Source: a virus
IMG/VR virus record: IMGVR_UViG_3300005326_000044
Location: 1 to 64,000 of that record
Strand: one strand, 5' to 3'
DNA length: 64,000 nt
In this document: in pieces, positions 52,903 through 61,663 of the stretch
Numbering within the stretch: the first letter of the stretch is position 1
Layout: every line of letters begins with the position of its first letter
Notes under the pieces: generated by a model
Told to the model about the DNA's origin: nothing
Database searches by the model: none
What the model saw: the letters and a program-made list of their open reading frames with translations, nothing else
Made by a program: the position numbers and the translations under genes

Positions 52903-55833
52903 ATGACACAGCGTCTACAGATCTCAGCAGAAAGTGTAAATTGGAGAGATGGACAAAAAGTCGATGAACGCGACTTACGCGTTGAACAGACTGGAATTCA
53001 GCAAACCACATCAGCCATATTGAATAACTTCTTTGGGTCCGGTTTGTTATCCCAGACCACCCAACGTGTTACTATTTTTGATTCAACTCAATTGACGCAA
53101 GATCAGCAGATGTTAATTTCCGCCAATATTTTTGACGGAAACGGAATCGCTCCTCACGCACAACCTGTTGATAATAGTCTTGGGGCTCAATTAGAAGTAA
53201 CGCTTTCTGATTCGATAGCAAAAGGAAATAAGTCTACGAAGGTTTTGGTTATAGGCTTAGACTTTCAAAATAACCTACAATATGAAACATTTGTGTTTCA
53301 TTTGAATGAGTCGCAAGTTGGCAAGAAACACTTTACAAGAGTTCTCGGTTTGCTGTTCAATGATTTCAAAGGAAACGATAATGGGAGCAGGAATCTTGGT
53401 GGTCAAATTACCATCAAAGAAGCTCTTCCTATGCAAGTGTCTCGCTCTTGTTTGATGTCAGCCCAAAACGTTGAGCCTAATCTATTTTTCCGAGATCTCA
53501 AACTTTATAGTCTAACAGATTTCCCCAACGTAACAGTAGCTTTATCTACTATTCTGCAAAATGTTATTGGCTCTGGCTATTCCGTTAATGCTTTAGACAT
53601 CAAGGTTACAGGACTGAACAAGAGAAATCTTATAGCTGATGACATTACCACACATTATGGGCAAAAATTCCAAGCCACAACGAATAACATTCAAAAAATT
53701 ACTTTGTTGCTTGGCGCGGATAATGTTGGCGGTTCTTATGATTGGTCTGGAACACTAGTCGTTAGCATTTATGCGCTACAGACTTCTGTAAGTTGTCCTA
53801 CCGACATCGTTCCGGAAACTCTAATTGACTTTTTACCAGACCCAACTCCACTGGCTCAATTAACTTTTACTCAAGCTGATTTGGAAGCCAACGGATATAA
53901 ATTGAATAACGTTGAACAGCCTGTTGATTTCATCTTTGCAAACACCAAAATTGGAAGTACAGTAAACACTGGAATTGTTGCTGGGCAGTATTACATGATT
54001 GATGTTCGTCGGAGTGGGGCTGCCGGAACAGGTTCTCTTTTCATGGCTACAGGAGGTAGTCATTCAGAAACTTCTCGGTTCACATTTTTCAATGGCGTTG
54101 CTTGGACGGATGTAACTGAAGAAGACATGTGGTATGAGGTATACTCAGATTCTCTGAAGGTTGCTGACGGCATGGGTGTCGATGCTGGAGCGAGCATGTT
54201 CGTTCCCAAGACAAACACCAACGCAACAACCGGTCTAACTGAGGATTATTCTAAAGAAGGAATTTCTTTTATCAATAGCGGGCAAAATCAATTAAATTTT
54301 CTTGTAGCCCAAGCTGTTCGAGAATTGTATCTAGAAAACCAAGACCCTCGAACGGGTACACGTCAAAAATCCAGGCAAATTTATAAAGCATCAGTTTCCG
54401 CTGTCTCTTCAGCTACACTTGCTTTGCTAAAAACTGATTCCGAGCCTGTGGTTATCGGTTCAGCATATGATACAAACAGTAAAAATAGTGTTACCATCAT
54501 TGGGACTCAAGATTATTTTGGGCAAGCATCAGGAAACACATTTACCATTATCAACCCTCCAATTAGTCTGCTTTCAAACAATTTGATTGGTTGTAAAATT
54601 GTACCAAACATAGCAAATCCTACAGCTATTTATCGTATCGTTGATGTTAAGCTCTGTACTGATGGGTATGGTGATGTTAATGGCGACGGCAAAATTGACC
54701 GAGATGATATCGCAGCAGCCTTAGCTTTGAAGGGCGAGGATGTAAGCACTGAAGCGACTCAAATCAAAATTTCTCAAGGAGAATTTACTGTACAACAAGT
54801 GTTACGTGCAGACGTTGACGGCGATGGCATCGTGTCGGATATTGATGTCGGCTTAATAACAGATTATGTAGAGCATAGGATTAATTCTTTCCCGGCGGGA
54901 TATTCTTTTCCCGAATTGATTTTATACTTAGAGCATAACCTAACAAGACATGATGGGTATTACGATTACTCAGACATCTACGCGCGAAAACATCCGCTTT
55001 CGACAGAAAAGATTGCCGTAGCCTTGATGAACGATGAGCAGAAAATATATTACGGTCATCCTGATAGGGTTCTTGTTGAAAGCGATGTAACATTCAATAC
55101 CGCTCCTTTCGTAGCTGTATCATATCGCATTACAAACACTAGCGATTACTGGCAAGAACATCTTGTACGTTCCACCTATGCTGGAAGACTGCTTCCTTGC
55201 GCTTTTACTTACAATACTAGTAACCCTGATTATGATTGTGATGCGGCTGTAGAATTCAAGTGCGAACAGCGTTACGCTGCTCCTCCTTGTGATGGAGGTC
55301 GTGTTGATATGTTTGTTCCAGCTAACTTAGTTGTTGCCGGAAGCATTCTATCTACAAATGGAAATAGTTTTCCAATTGATTTTGAAACAAATACAGTGAC
55401 AATAGAATTCCCTGAAGAGCAAATTATTTCTGGAAGTATTGATATTTTCAGAATGTTTGTGGCAGACAAGGGAAATGGGTTTACTATTGCAAATTATCCC
55501 GCAATGAAATTCTCTGACTGTTCTTTAGTTCAGGGAGACGCTCTTGAAAACAATCAGGTTAAGTTCTCCGTTGCCATCCAGTCGTACCATCCAAACCTGG
55601 ACGGCTATTCAATTCTAGATGGGTATGGAATAATTATTGACCCAATCATGACTGTAAGTATGAACCACGAGACCGGCCTCTTAGAATTCAATTCTACGAA
55701 CCAGAAGACCGACCCGGTTAATACGACATTAAGAACTAAGCTTCAAATTACAGTCATGTTGAAAAAAGCTGGATGGAAAAACATTGCAACGTCAGTTGAC
55801 TACCTTGACCTACCTAATTTGGTAGGGCTTTAA
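52903..55833 (+). CDS. Baseplate/fibre-attachment protein containing a dockerin-like domain
   Basis: N-terminal VNWRDGQKVDERDL..EQ. Paired Ca-binding repeats GDVNGDGKIDRDD and ADVDGDGIVSDID at ~54670-54870. Confidence 0.55.
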   Translation: MTQRLQISAESVNWRDGQKVDERDLRVEQTGIQQTTSAILNNFFGSGLLSQTTQRVTIFDSTQLTQDQQMLISANIFDGNGIAPHAQPVDNSLGAQLEVTLSDSIAKGNKSTKVLVIGLDFQNNLQYETFVFHLNESQVGKKHFTRVLGLLFNDFKGNDNGSRNLGGQITIKEALPMQVSRSCLMSAQNVEPNLFFRDLKLYSLTDFPNVTVALSTILQNVIGSGYSVNALDIKVTGLNKRNLIADDITTHYGQKFQATTNNIQKITLLLGADNVGGSYDWSGTLVVSIYALQTSVSCPTDIVPETLIDFLPDPTPLAQLTFTQADLEANGYKLNNVEQPVDFIFANTKIGSTVNTGIVAGQYYMIDVRRSGAAGTGSLFMATGGSHSETSRFTFFNGVAWTDVTEEDMWYEVYSDSLKVADGMGVDAGASMFVPKTNTNATTGLTEDYSKEGISFINSGQNQLNFLVAQAVRELYLENQDPRTGTRQKSRQIYKASVSAVSSATLALLKTDSEPVVIGSAYDTNSKNSVTIIGTQDYFGQASGNTFTIINPPISLLSNNLIGCKIVPNIANPTAIYRIVDVKLCTDGYGDVNGDGKIDRDDIAAALALKGEDVSTEATQIKISQGEFTVQQVLRADVDGDGIVSDIDVGLITDYVEHRINSFPAGYSFPELILYLEHNLTRHDGYYDYSDIYARKHPLSTEKIAVALMNDEQKIYYGHPDRVLVESDVTFNTAPFVAVSYRITNTSDYWQEHLVRSTYAGRLLPCAFTYNTSNPDYDCDAAVEFKCEQRYAAPPCDGGRVDMFVPANLVVAGSILSTNGNSFPIDFETNTVTIEFPEEQIISGSIDIFRMFVADKGNGFTIANYPAMKFSDCSLVQGDALENNQVKFSVAIQSYHPNLDGYSILDGYGIIIDPIMTVSMNHETGLLEFNSTNQKTDPVNTTLRTKLQITVMLKKAGWKNIATSVDYLDLPNLVGL

Positions 55834-55880
55834 TTAAATCTTTTTTGAGCACAAATCTTCCTTAGAGGTTGGTGATATAT

Positions 55881-55912
55881 AGGCTTCCGAGCTTTTGCGA
55901 GGAAGCCTTTTT
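55881..55912 (+). terminator. Intrinsic terminator ending the structural module
   Basis: aggcttcc...ggaagcct stem followed by a T run, about 50 bp after the last structural gene. Confidence 0.6.
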
Positions 55913-55931
55913 AATTTAAATTAAATTTAAG

Positions 55932-55958
55932 TTAAAGATCTACTACGTAGATCTTTAA
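55932..55958. repeat. Perfect 12-bp inverted repeat
   Basis: ttaaagatctac-tac-gtagatctttaa. Confidence 0.85.
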
Positions 55959-56023
55959 GCAAAAAAATCCAAAAACGAATTCAATTTTCGTGGGGTTTGA
56001 GAAGTATGTGCCTTAAAATGAAA

Positions 56024-56032
56024 GATATATAG
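56024..56032 (+). promoter_or_regulatory. Second candidate regulatory motif GATATATAG
   Basis: Exact copies in intergenic DNA at 36335, 55874 and 56024; a related palindrome GTTATATATAAC at 26614. Confidence 0.4.
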
Positions 56033-56038
56033 TGTTTT

Positions 56039-57178
56039 ATGAAAGTCTATATGAAACAATACTTACAATCTCAACATTCCTGGGGAATTGTAGGTCAAAA
56101 CATAGCAAGATCTTTGAGAGATGATTATCATCATGAAGTTGATCTTTGCACAACAAACCTCAGCAATACTCCTACTGTTGGACCGTTTCCCATTGATCTT
56201 TTACCTAATCTAAAATGTAAAAATTGCTCCGAAAAAATTAGGAGTCGTCCTTGTTTATTAGGAAGTAATTACGATATGAGCATTGCTTATACAGCTATGC
56301 ATAACTGGAGAGATTATTTCAGTCAAGCAAAGAAGAATCGTTTTGGCATTTGGAATTATGATGGAACTCATATTCCTCCAGGTTGGGCTAAATTCTATAA
56401 GTTTGTTGATTTAGTTTTACCTAGTAGTGAATATTCCAAGACAACATTTATTAGGAATGGTATTCCAGCTGAAGTCATAAGAGTTATTCCTCATGGTGCA
56501 GCAGAAGAATTTTTTTCCAGGCAAAATGTGTACAACATTGACATGGATAGAAAATACAAGTTCTTTGTAAATATTGCTCAGCCTCATACTCGCAAGAATA
56601 TTCCTGGGCTTTTAGATGTATGGGGTAAATCTTTTACCAATCGTGATGATGTTGTTTTGGTAGCAAAAGTGGCAATTAAAGAAAACGAAAAGAAAATGCC
56701 ATTTGAGGTTTCGTGGATAGATGAACTTCTAAAAATGAAAAAGAGGTATAGAACTCATGCGCCTGTACTTGTTGTCAATGACTTTATCCCATACATTTCC
56801 GATTTATATCGTTCCTGTAATATTGGATTGTCTTTATCACACGTTGAATGCTTCAACATGCCTGCCTTAGAATCCATGATTGTGGGAAACATTACTATAG
56901 CAAGCAACTACGGCGGTAGCGTTGACTTCATGAATACAAATAACTCGCTATTGGTAAATGGGAAAATAGGTCGAGCACCTGATAATTGCCAATATTGGAT
57001 ACCTAACGTATACGGTGAGATGTTCTTTCCAGATACAAATCATGCGGTTGAAACGCTTCAACGTGTCGTAAAAGAATACGATGCATTGAAAGAACAGTTT
57101 GCTCCTGGGATTGAAAAGATTAGACAAGAGTATACTTGGAAAAGTGTGGTAGGAAAGATTTTAGAATTAGCGAGGTAA
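56039..57178 (+). CDS. Glycosyltransferase, GT-B fold (GT4-like)
   Basis: VLPSSEYSK, VIPHG, HTRKNIPGLL, and the GT4 E-x7-E motif ECFNMPALESM. Confidence 0.85.
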   Translation: MKVYMKQYLQSQHSWGIVGQNIARSLRDDYHHEVDLCTTNLSNTPTVGPFPIDLLPNLKCKNCSEKIRSRPCLLGSNYDMSIAYTAMHNWRDYFSQAKKNRFGIWNYDGTHIPPGWAKFYKFVDLVLPSSEYSKTTFIRNGIPAEVIRVIPHGAAEEFFSRQNVYNIDMDRKYKFFVNIAQPHTRKNIPGLLDVWGKSFTNRDDVVLVAKVAIKENEKKMPFEVSWIDELLKMKKRYRTHAPVLVVNDFIPYISDLYRSCNIGLSLSHVECFNMPALESMIVGNITIASNYGGSVDFMNTNNSLLVNGKIGRAPDNCQYWIPNVYGEMFFPDTNHAVETLQRVVKEYDALKEQFAPGIEKIRQEYTWKSVVGKILELAR

Positions 57179-57182
57179 AGCA

Positions 57183-57923
57183 ATGGTTCAAGTTTCAATT
57201 TTAACTCCAGTATATAATGCTTATAGGTTTACTGAGCAGTATCTAAAAGAACTTTCCAATCTTGGGCAAGAACACGAAATCATTCTCGTTGACAATGGTT
57301 CGACTGATAAAACAACAGAGATTCTAGCTAAATATGAAGAACCAACGTTCCATATTTGTCTTTCTGATACACTTTTTGTTTGGGCGATTAAGAATTCTGA
57401 AAACAAAGGCTTTGCCGTCGCTTCTAATCAGGCTTATCAAAAAGCAACTGGGGACATCATAATTTTTTTGAATAACGACATCAAAGTCCATCCAAACCAT
57501 TTGCGTGATTGGACACAAACGATTGTTCGCGCTATTTGGGACAATCCTGATGCGTTGGTTGGACCGACTGGTGGGTATGTGGATCCTCATACTTATAACT
57601 TCCAGTATCATTGTTCTTCTGAGAAACAAAAATTCAATTATCTAAGCGGCTGGTGTTTAGCGGGACGGAAAGTAACTTTTGAAAAATTACGAAAGGACAA
57701 TGGAGAGGATGCCATTGGCCCCTTTTATGATTTCGGAACTTATTTTGAAGACACTTATATGGGTTTTCGGGCAACAAGCCTAGGAATCTCTATGAAAATT
57801 ATTGATGTTCCAATTGTGCATTTCGGAATGATGACATCTCGGCAAATGAACACTAATAAAATGTTTGCGGAAGCTAGGGTTCGGTTTATCAAGAAAATGA
57901 AGGAAAGTGGTTATGGACGATAA
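57183..57923 (+). CDS. Glycosyltransferase family 2
   Basis: VSILTPVYN, IILVDNGSTD, ENKGFA.ASNQ, IIFLNND, YFEDT. Confidence 0.9.
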   Translation: MVQVSILTPVYNAYRFTEQYLKELSNLGQEHEIILVDNGSTDKTTEILAKYEEPTFHICLSDTLFVWAIKNSENKGFAVASNQAYQKATGDIIIFLNNDIKVHPNHLRDWTQTIVRAIWDNPDALVGPTGGYVDPHTYNFQYHCSSEKQKFNYLSGWCLAGRKVTFEKLRKDNGEDAIGPFYDFGTYFEDTYMGFRATSLGISMKIIDVPIVHFGMMTSRQMNTNKMFAEARVRFIKKMKESGYGR

Positions 57924-58068
57924 CAAAATTGTCAGGCAAGGTAGTCTAGCAGATCAGTATGTATCCATGGAAGAAAAAGATAACTTTTGGCTTGGATATC
58001 TCTGGGGTATTAGTACCGGACTTCTGTTGATTGCAACTGTTTCTGCTCTAATCGTTTTTTGGAAATAA
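57913..58068 (+). CDS. Small single-TM protein (51 aa; below the ORF-track cutoff)
   Basis: MDDNKIVRQG...NFWLGYLWGISTGLLLIATVSALIVFWK*. It fills the gap between two GT genes and has AGGA upstream. Confidence 0.55.
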   Translation: MDDNKIVRQGSLADQYVSMEEKDNFWLGYLWGISTGLLLIATVSALIVFWK

Positions 58069-58072
58069 TCAG

Positions 58073-58915
58073 ATGCCAACTATTCACGCTCTCACACTTA
58101 CCTGGAATGGTAAACCACTTATTGCAAAGCTAGCTGATAGTTTGAGGTTAGGCTTTTTATCTACTGGCTTGCGTTGTATTTGGCATGTGCGTGATAATGG
58201 GTCTACGGATGGAACAAAAGAGTTTTTTGATCGTATTTACTGGAAGCAAGATATCCGATATTACTATGAAAGTCACAACAGAGATAATTACGCGAAATGT
58301 AATAACGATTTGTTTACATGCGCGTTGATGGACTCTCAAAGTTTACTCAACATCAATGAAGATTATGTTTTGTTTATCAACAATGACATTGAAATTATTG
58401 ACCCCACTTCTTTGAGGAAGATGTTGGATCTTTTTAGAGATGGGGTTGGTGTTGTAGGCTCCAGGCTTCTTTATCCAAGTGGAAAAATCCAGCATGGCGG
58501 AGTTGTGTTTCCAAAAGAATATATAGGTTTACCAAAACACCTTGGGGTAGGAGAAGCGCCTACAAAATACACTTCCTTGAACAGGGAATTTCAAGCGGTA
58601 ACTTTTGCTTGTGCTTTGGTTCGAGCCAGCTGTATTGTTGGCTTGCAAAACAAAAAGATCGATGAAGATTATCATTGGTGTTTTGATGATGTAAATACCT
58701 GTCTTGATATTGTTTATCGGCAAAAGAAGCGAATTTTATATTGTGGTGAGACGAACATTATCCATCATGAAAGTGAGACGCTTAAGAAAAATCCAATTAA
58801 TAAAGTTTATGAGAAACATAATTTTGCTAAACTTAGGCGTGAGTGGGGAAACATAGTTGATTACGATTATGGAAAGTATTTGACAGGCAGAGAAGGGTAT
58901 AAGGTAGTTAAATGA
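58073..58915 (+). CDS. Glycosyltransferase family 2
   Basis: LTWN, DNGSTDGT, VLFINNDIE, GVVGSRLLYP.G.IQHGG, AVTFAC, FDDV, HHES. Confidence 0.9.
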   Translation: MPTIHALTLTWNGKPLIAKLADSLRLGFLSTGLRCIWHVRDNGSTDGTKEFFDRIYWKQDIRYYYESHNRDNYAKCNNDLFTCALMDSQSLLNINEDYVLFINNDIEIIDPTSLRKMLDLFRDGVGVVGSRLLYPSGKIQHGGVVFPKEYIGLPKHLGVGEAPTKYTSLNREFQAVTFACALVRASCIVGLQNKKIDEDYHWCFDDVNTCLDIVYRQKKRILYCGETNIIHHESETLKKNPINKVYEKHNFAKLRREWGNIVDYDYGKYLTGREGYKVVK

Positions 58916-59691
58916 GTGCTGATACGACCCTGATGATGGTGACTTATAATCGCCTGGACCTTACGAAAGAAACATTTGAAGGCGCCCTCAAATATACTGG
59001 TAGAAAGTATAATTTGATTGTTGTGGACAATGGGTCAACTGATGGAACGACAGAGTGGTTGCAGTCTGTTGATAAATCAATGTATCCTGAGATGGATGGA
59101 TTGAAGATTGTTCTTCTAACAAAGAACAAAGGGATTGCTTATGGTAGAAGCAAATGTCTTGCGGAAATGTTTCGTTCATTTCCAGAAAGCGTTTATTTGG
59201 GAACGATAGACAATGATGTTGCTATCCCTAATAAAAATTGGCTTGCTGATTGTATTGATGTTTTGAATTTTGCACCGAAAGCTGGCCTTTGTGCGGTAAA
59301 TTATGAAGGCAAGACATATCCTAAAACATCCGTCAAGACTGAGACAAGAACGATTCCGCTGCAAATTATTTTACGCACTCCAGGAACAGCCACAATTGTA
59401 TTCAGGCGTTCTAGTTTTGAAAAGATAGGGTATTTCGTGAATTATGGCACATACGGTCACGAAGACGCTGCGCAGTGCTTAAAATTGCGGTTATCAGATA
59501 CTCGATGCTCTATGTTATATTACTTAGATGAGCCGGGGATACATCTTGGTGAAGGTGAACGAGATGTAGGCGAGTATAGAAAGATGAAGACAGAAGAGTT
59601 CAATAGGAATTACAGTAAATTTGTAAATGATCTTCGAGCTTGGAGCAGTGGAGCAAAATCGTTATATACAACGTTCGTGGAGGAAGAATGA
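58912..59691 (+). CDS. Glycosyltransferase family 2
   Basis: VTYNR, IVVDNGSTDGT, NKGIA, IDND, IGYF..YG.YGHED; ATGA overlap with the upstream gene. Confidence 0.9.
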   Translation: MSADTTLMMVTYNRLDLTKETFEGALKYTGRKYNLIVVDNGSTDGTTEWLQSVDKSMYPEMDGLKIVLLTKNKGIAYGRSKCLAEMFRSFPESVYLGTIDNDVAIPNKNWLADCIDVLNFAPKAGLCAVNYEGKTYPKTSVKTETRTIPLQIILRTPGTATIVFRRSSFEKIGYFVNYGTYGHEDAAQCLKLRLSDTRCSMLYYLDEPGIHLGEGERDVGEYRKMKTEEFNRNYSKFVNDLRAWSSGAKSLYTTFVEEE

Positions 59692-60635
59692 AAGCATATG
59701 TTGCCGGTCATAGAGGTTTAGTAGGGTCTGCTATTTGTAGAGAGCTAGAGCGAAGAGGAGATTCATTTATAACCAGAACTTCCAAGGAAATGGATTTACG
59801 GCAAGAGTCTGCGGTGCATCTATTCTTTGAGCATTGTGGAGATCAATTTGATTGTGTTTATCTTGCTGCCGCACATGTAGGTGGGATTGTTGCTAACAAT
59901 TCTCAGCCTTTTGATTTTATTTACAACAACCTGATGATTCAAAACAATATAATTCTTGCTTGTCGTAAGTACAATAAAAAGCTTTGTTTTCTTGGAAGCT
60001 CTTGTATTTATCCAAGAGAATGTCCTCAGCCCATCAAAGAAGAATACTTGATGACCGGGCCATTAGAGCCGACGAATAGTGCTTATGCAGTAGCTAAGAT
60101 TGCTGGAATTGAAATGTGCAAAGCTGCTTATAAACAAGGGTTGAATGACGGCACTTCGTTAGATAGTATTATCATAATGCCTTGTAATCTTTATGGGCCG
60201 AATGATAATTTCGATTTGACTAGCTCGCATGTGTTGCCAGCATTAATGAGGAAGTTTCATGAAGCTAAGGTAAATAATATTTCTCGAATAGAAGTTTGGG
60301 GAGATGGTTCACCTTGGCGTGAATTTTTGCATGTAGATGATTTAGCTAAGGCTTGCGTCCATCTTATGGATGGTGCGAGTTATAACGCAGATCATCCAAT
60401 TATTAATGTTGGTTCTGAGACTGAAGTCACTATACGCGATTTGACATTTGTCATAGCTTCTATTGTTGAGTATCGTGGTGAGTGGGCTTGGGATTGTTCT
60501 AAACCTAACGGTACACCTAGAAAAATTATGGATTCGTCGTACATTAGATCTCTAGGTTGGAAGCCTAGCATCAGTTTGTATCAAGGTGTTAAGGAAACGT
60601 ACGAATGGTATATGCGAACAAAAACACAGAATTAG
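59688..60635 (+). CDS. fcl: GDP-L-fucose synthase (GDP-4-keto-6-deoxymannose epimerase/reductase)
   Basis: YVAGHRGLVGSAI, YLAAAHVGGI.AN, FLGSSCIYP, LEPTN.AYA.AKIAG, MPCNLYGPNDNF, SHVLPAL, WGDG.P.REFLHVDD, KPNGTPRK. True start is ATG 59688 (ATGA overlap, GGAGG RBS). Confidence 0.95.
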   Translation: MKAYVAGHRGLVGSAICRELERRGDSFITRTSKEMDLRQESAVHLFFEHCGDQFDCVYLAAAHVGGIVANNSQPFDFIYNNLMIQNNIILACRKYNKKLCFLGSSCIYPRECPQPIKEEYLMTGPLEPTNSAYAVAKIAGIEMCKAAYKQGLNDGTSLDSIIIMPCNLYGPNDNFDLTSSHVLPALMRKFHEAKVNNISRIEVWGDGSPWREFLHVDDLAKACVHLMDGASYNADHPIINVGSETEVTIRDLTFVIASIVEYRGEWAWDCSKPNGTPRKIMDSSYIRSLGWKPSISLYQGVKETYEWYMRTKTQN

Positions 60636-61657
60636 ACTCTGACGTTGTCTTTTATCCATTTTCGCCTGGAATTCCATGGAACGCAAAGTCCGGAATAATT
60701 GAGCCATATATATCTCATGATATATGGTTAGAACTGATTAAGCCTAAAGAATGTAACGTAGTTTGTCCTGGCTTCTTTTTGGAAGTCCTTTTATTACCAC
60801 TGTTTTCTAAAGTTCTAGAAAGACATTCGGTAAAGGTGGACAAATGGATTGTTCCATCTTACTACAATGATTTTTTGAACTTGTTTGGGATTACTACTGC
60901 TAGTAGTGTAAGCGGGCGTTCTATTACTGTTTTTACAGAGTTCGACAGACTGTTTCGAACTGTTCGTGACTATCCTGCTCCGGTTTTTATGGATAGGATG
61001 GGGAAGGTATATTTCAATTGTCTGTTCAATTATGGTGAAAAAGTAGACCCTAATGGGGATTTTGTTGATAGGGACTATGAACCATTTTGGAGGCAGGTTC
61101 TTAAGAACACATGTTGTCACCCGTATGAGATATCTTTTCCCACTGTGGAACGAGATTTCCTACGTACTGTTCTTGAAAAATTATTGGTTCGGTATGGTGC
61201 TGACCCAGATAAACCATACTTTATAGTTGATAACATGGTGCGTTCTTATCGAACAGCAGATTATCGCGTTGCGATTGATGAGCAGCTTACGTTGCCAAAC
61301 GTCAACACCTTGGGTTCAGTTCTTTCTAGTTACAAGCATCAATGCGTGGTCATGGCTGACGGAGTTCAACAATACAAAATGCACAATGTATTTTCTTTGC
61401 CGCCATGGTACAAAATGAGTTCATTAGAATTTTTTGCTTTGTTGTTATTTGCCGGAGGTATATATTCCTCTGATCCAAACGTTTATATGTCTGGAGCCAT
61501 TTTAGGTTGTAGCAGAATAGTAGCCGTTGGTAACTTTGACAGTGGATGGGAGCTTAAGGACGCATTAGAGATTTCATGTGCTGTTGATAAAAGAAGAAAA
61601 TGGCAACAAAGAGATGACTTTGATTTGAACAGTGTTTTGAAAGTTTTGGTACAATAG
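60605..61657 (+). CDS. Hypothetical protein, possibly a divergent GT9-like glycosyltransferase
   Basis: The C-terminus FFALLLFAGGIYSSDPNVYMSGAILGCSRIVAV loosely resembles the GT9 'l..a...i..DSg..hlA.alg.p.v.l' motif; lies within the GT cluster. Confidence 0.35.
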   Translation: MVYANKNTELDSDVVFYPFSPGIPWNAKSGIIEPYISHDIWLELIKPKECNVVCPGFFLEVLLLPLFSKVLERHSVKVDKWIVPSYYNDFLNLFGITTASSVSGRSITVFTEFDRLFRTVRDYPAPVFMDRMGKVYFNCLFNYGEKVDPNGDFVDRDYEPFWRQVLKNTCCHPYEISFPTVERDFLRTVLEKLLVRYGADPDKPYFIVDNMVRSYRTADYRVAIDEQLTLPNVNTLGSVLSSYKHQCVVMADGVQQYKMHNVFSLPPWYKMSSLEFFALLLFAGGIYSSDPNVYMSGAILGCSRIVAVGNFDSGWELKDALEISCAVDKRRKWQQRDDFDLNSVLKVLVQ

Positions 61658-61663
61658 GAGAAC

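Noticed and set aside
1401-55626. DGY as a DNA-level repeat or recognition site
   Set aside because: The synonymous positions vary freely and the motif always occupies the same reading frame, so the constraint is at the amino-acid level.
21372-55833. Interpretation as an eCIS/tailocin/T6SS locus in a bacterial chromosome
   Set aside because: A neck-like gene, the chaperone frameshift, an S74 fibre, an HNH-repeat gene and 64 kb without housekeeping genes favour a phage. Capsid and terminase are not in the window, so this is not formally excluded.
59640-59687. Track start of fcl at 59640 (and of the holin-like gene at 15305)
   Set aside because: Downstream ATGs (59688 and 15359) have RBS-like motifs; 59688 also matches the expected Fcl N-terminus.
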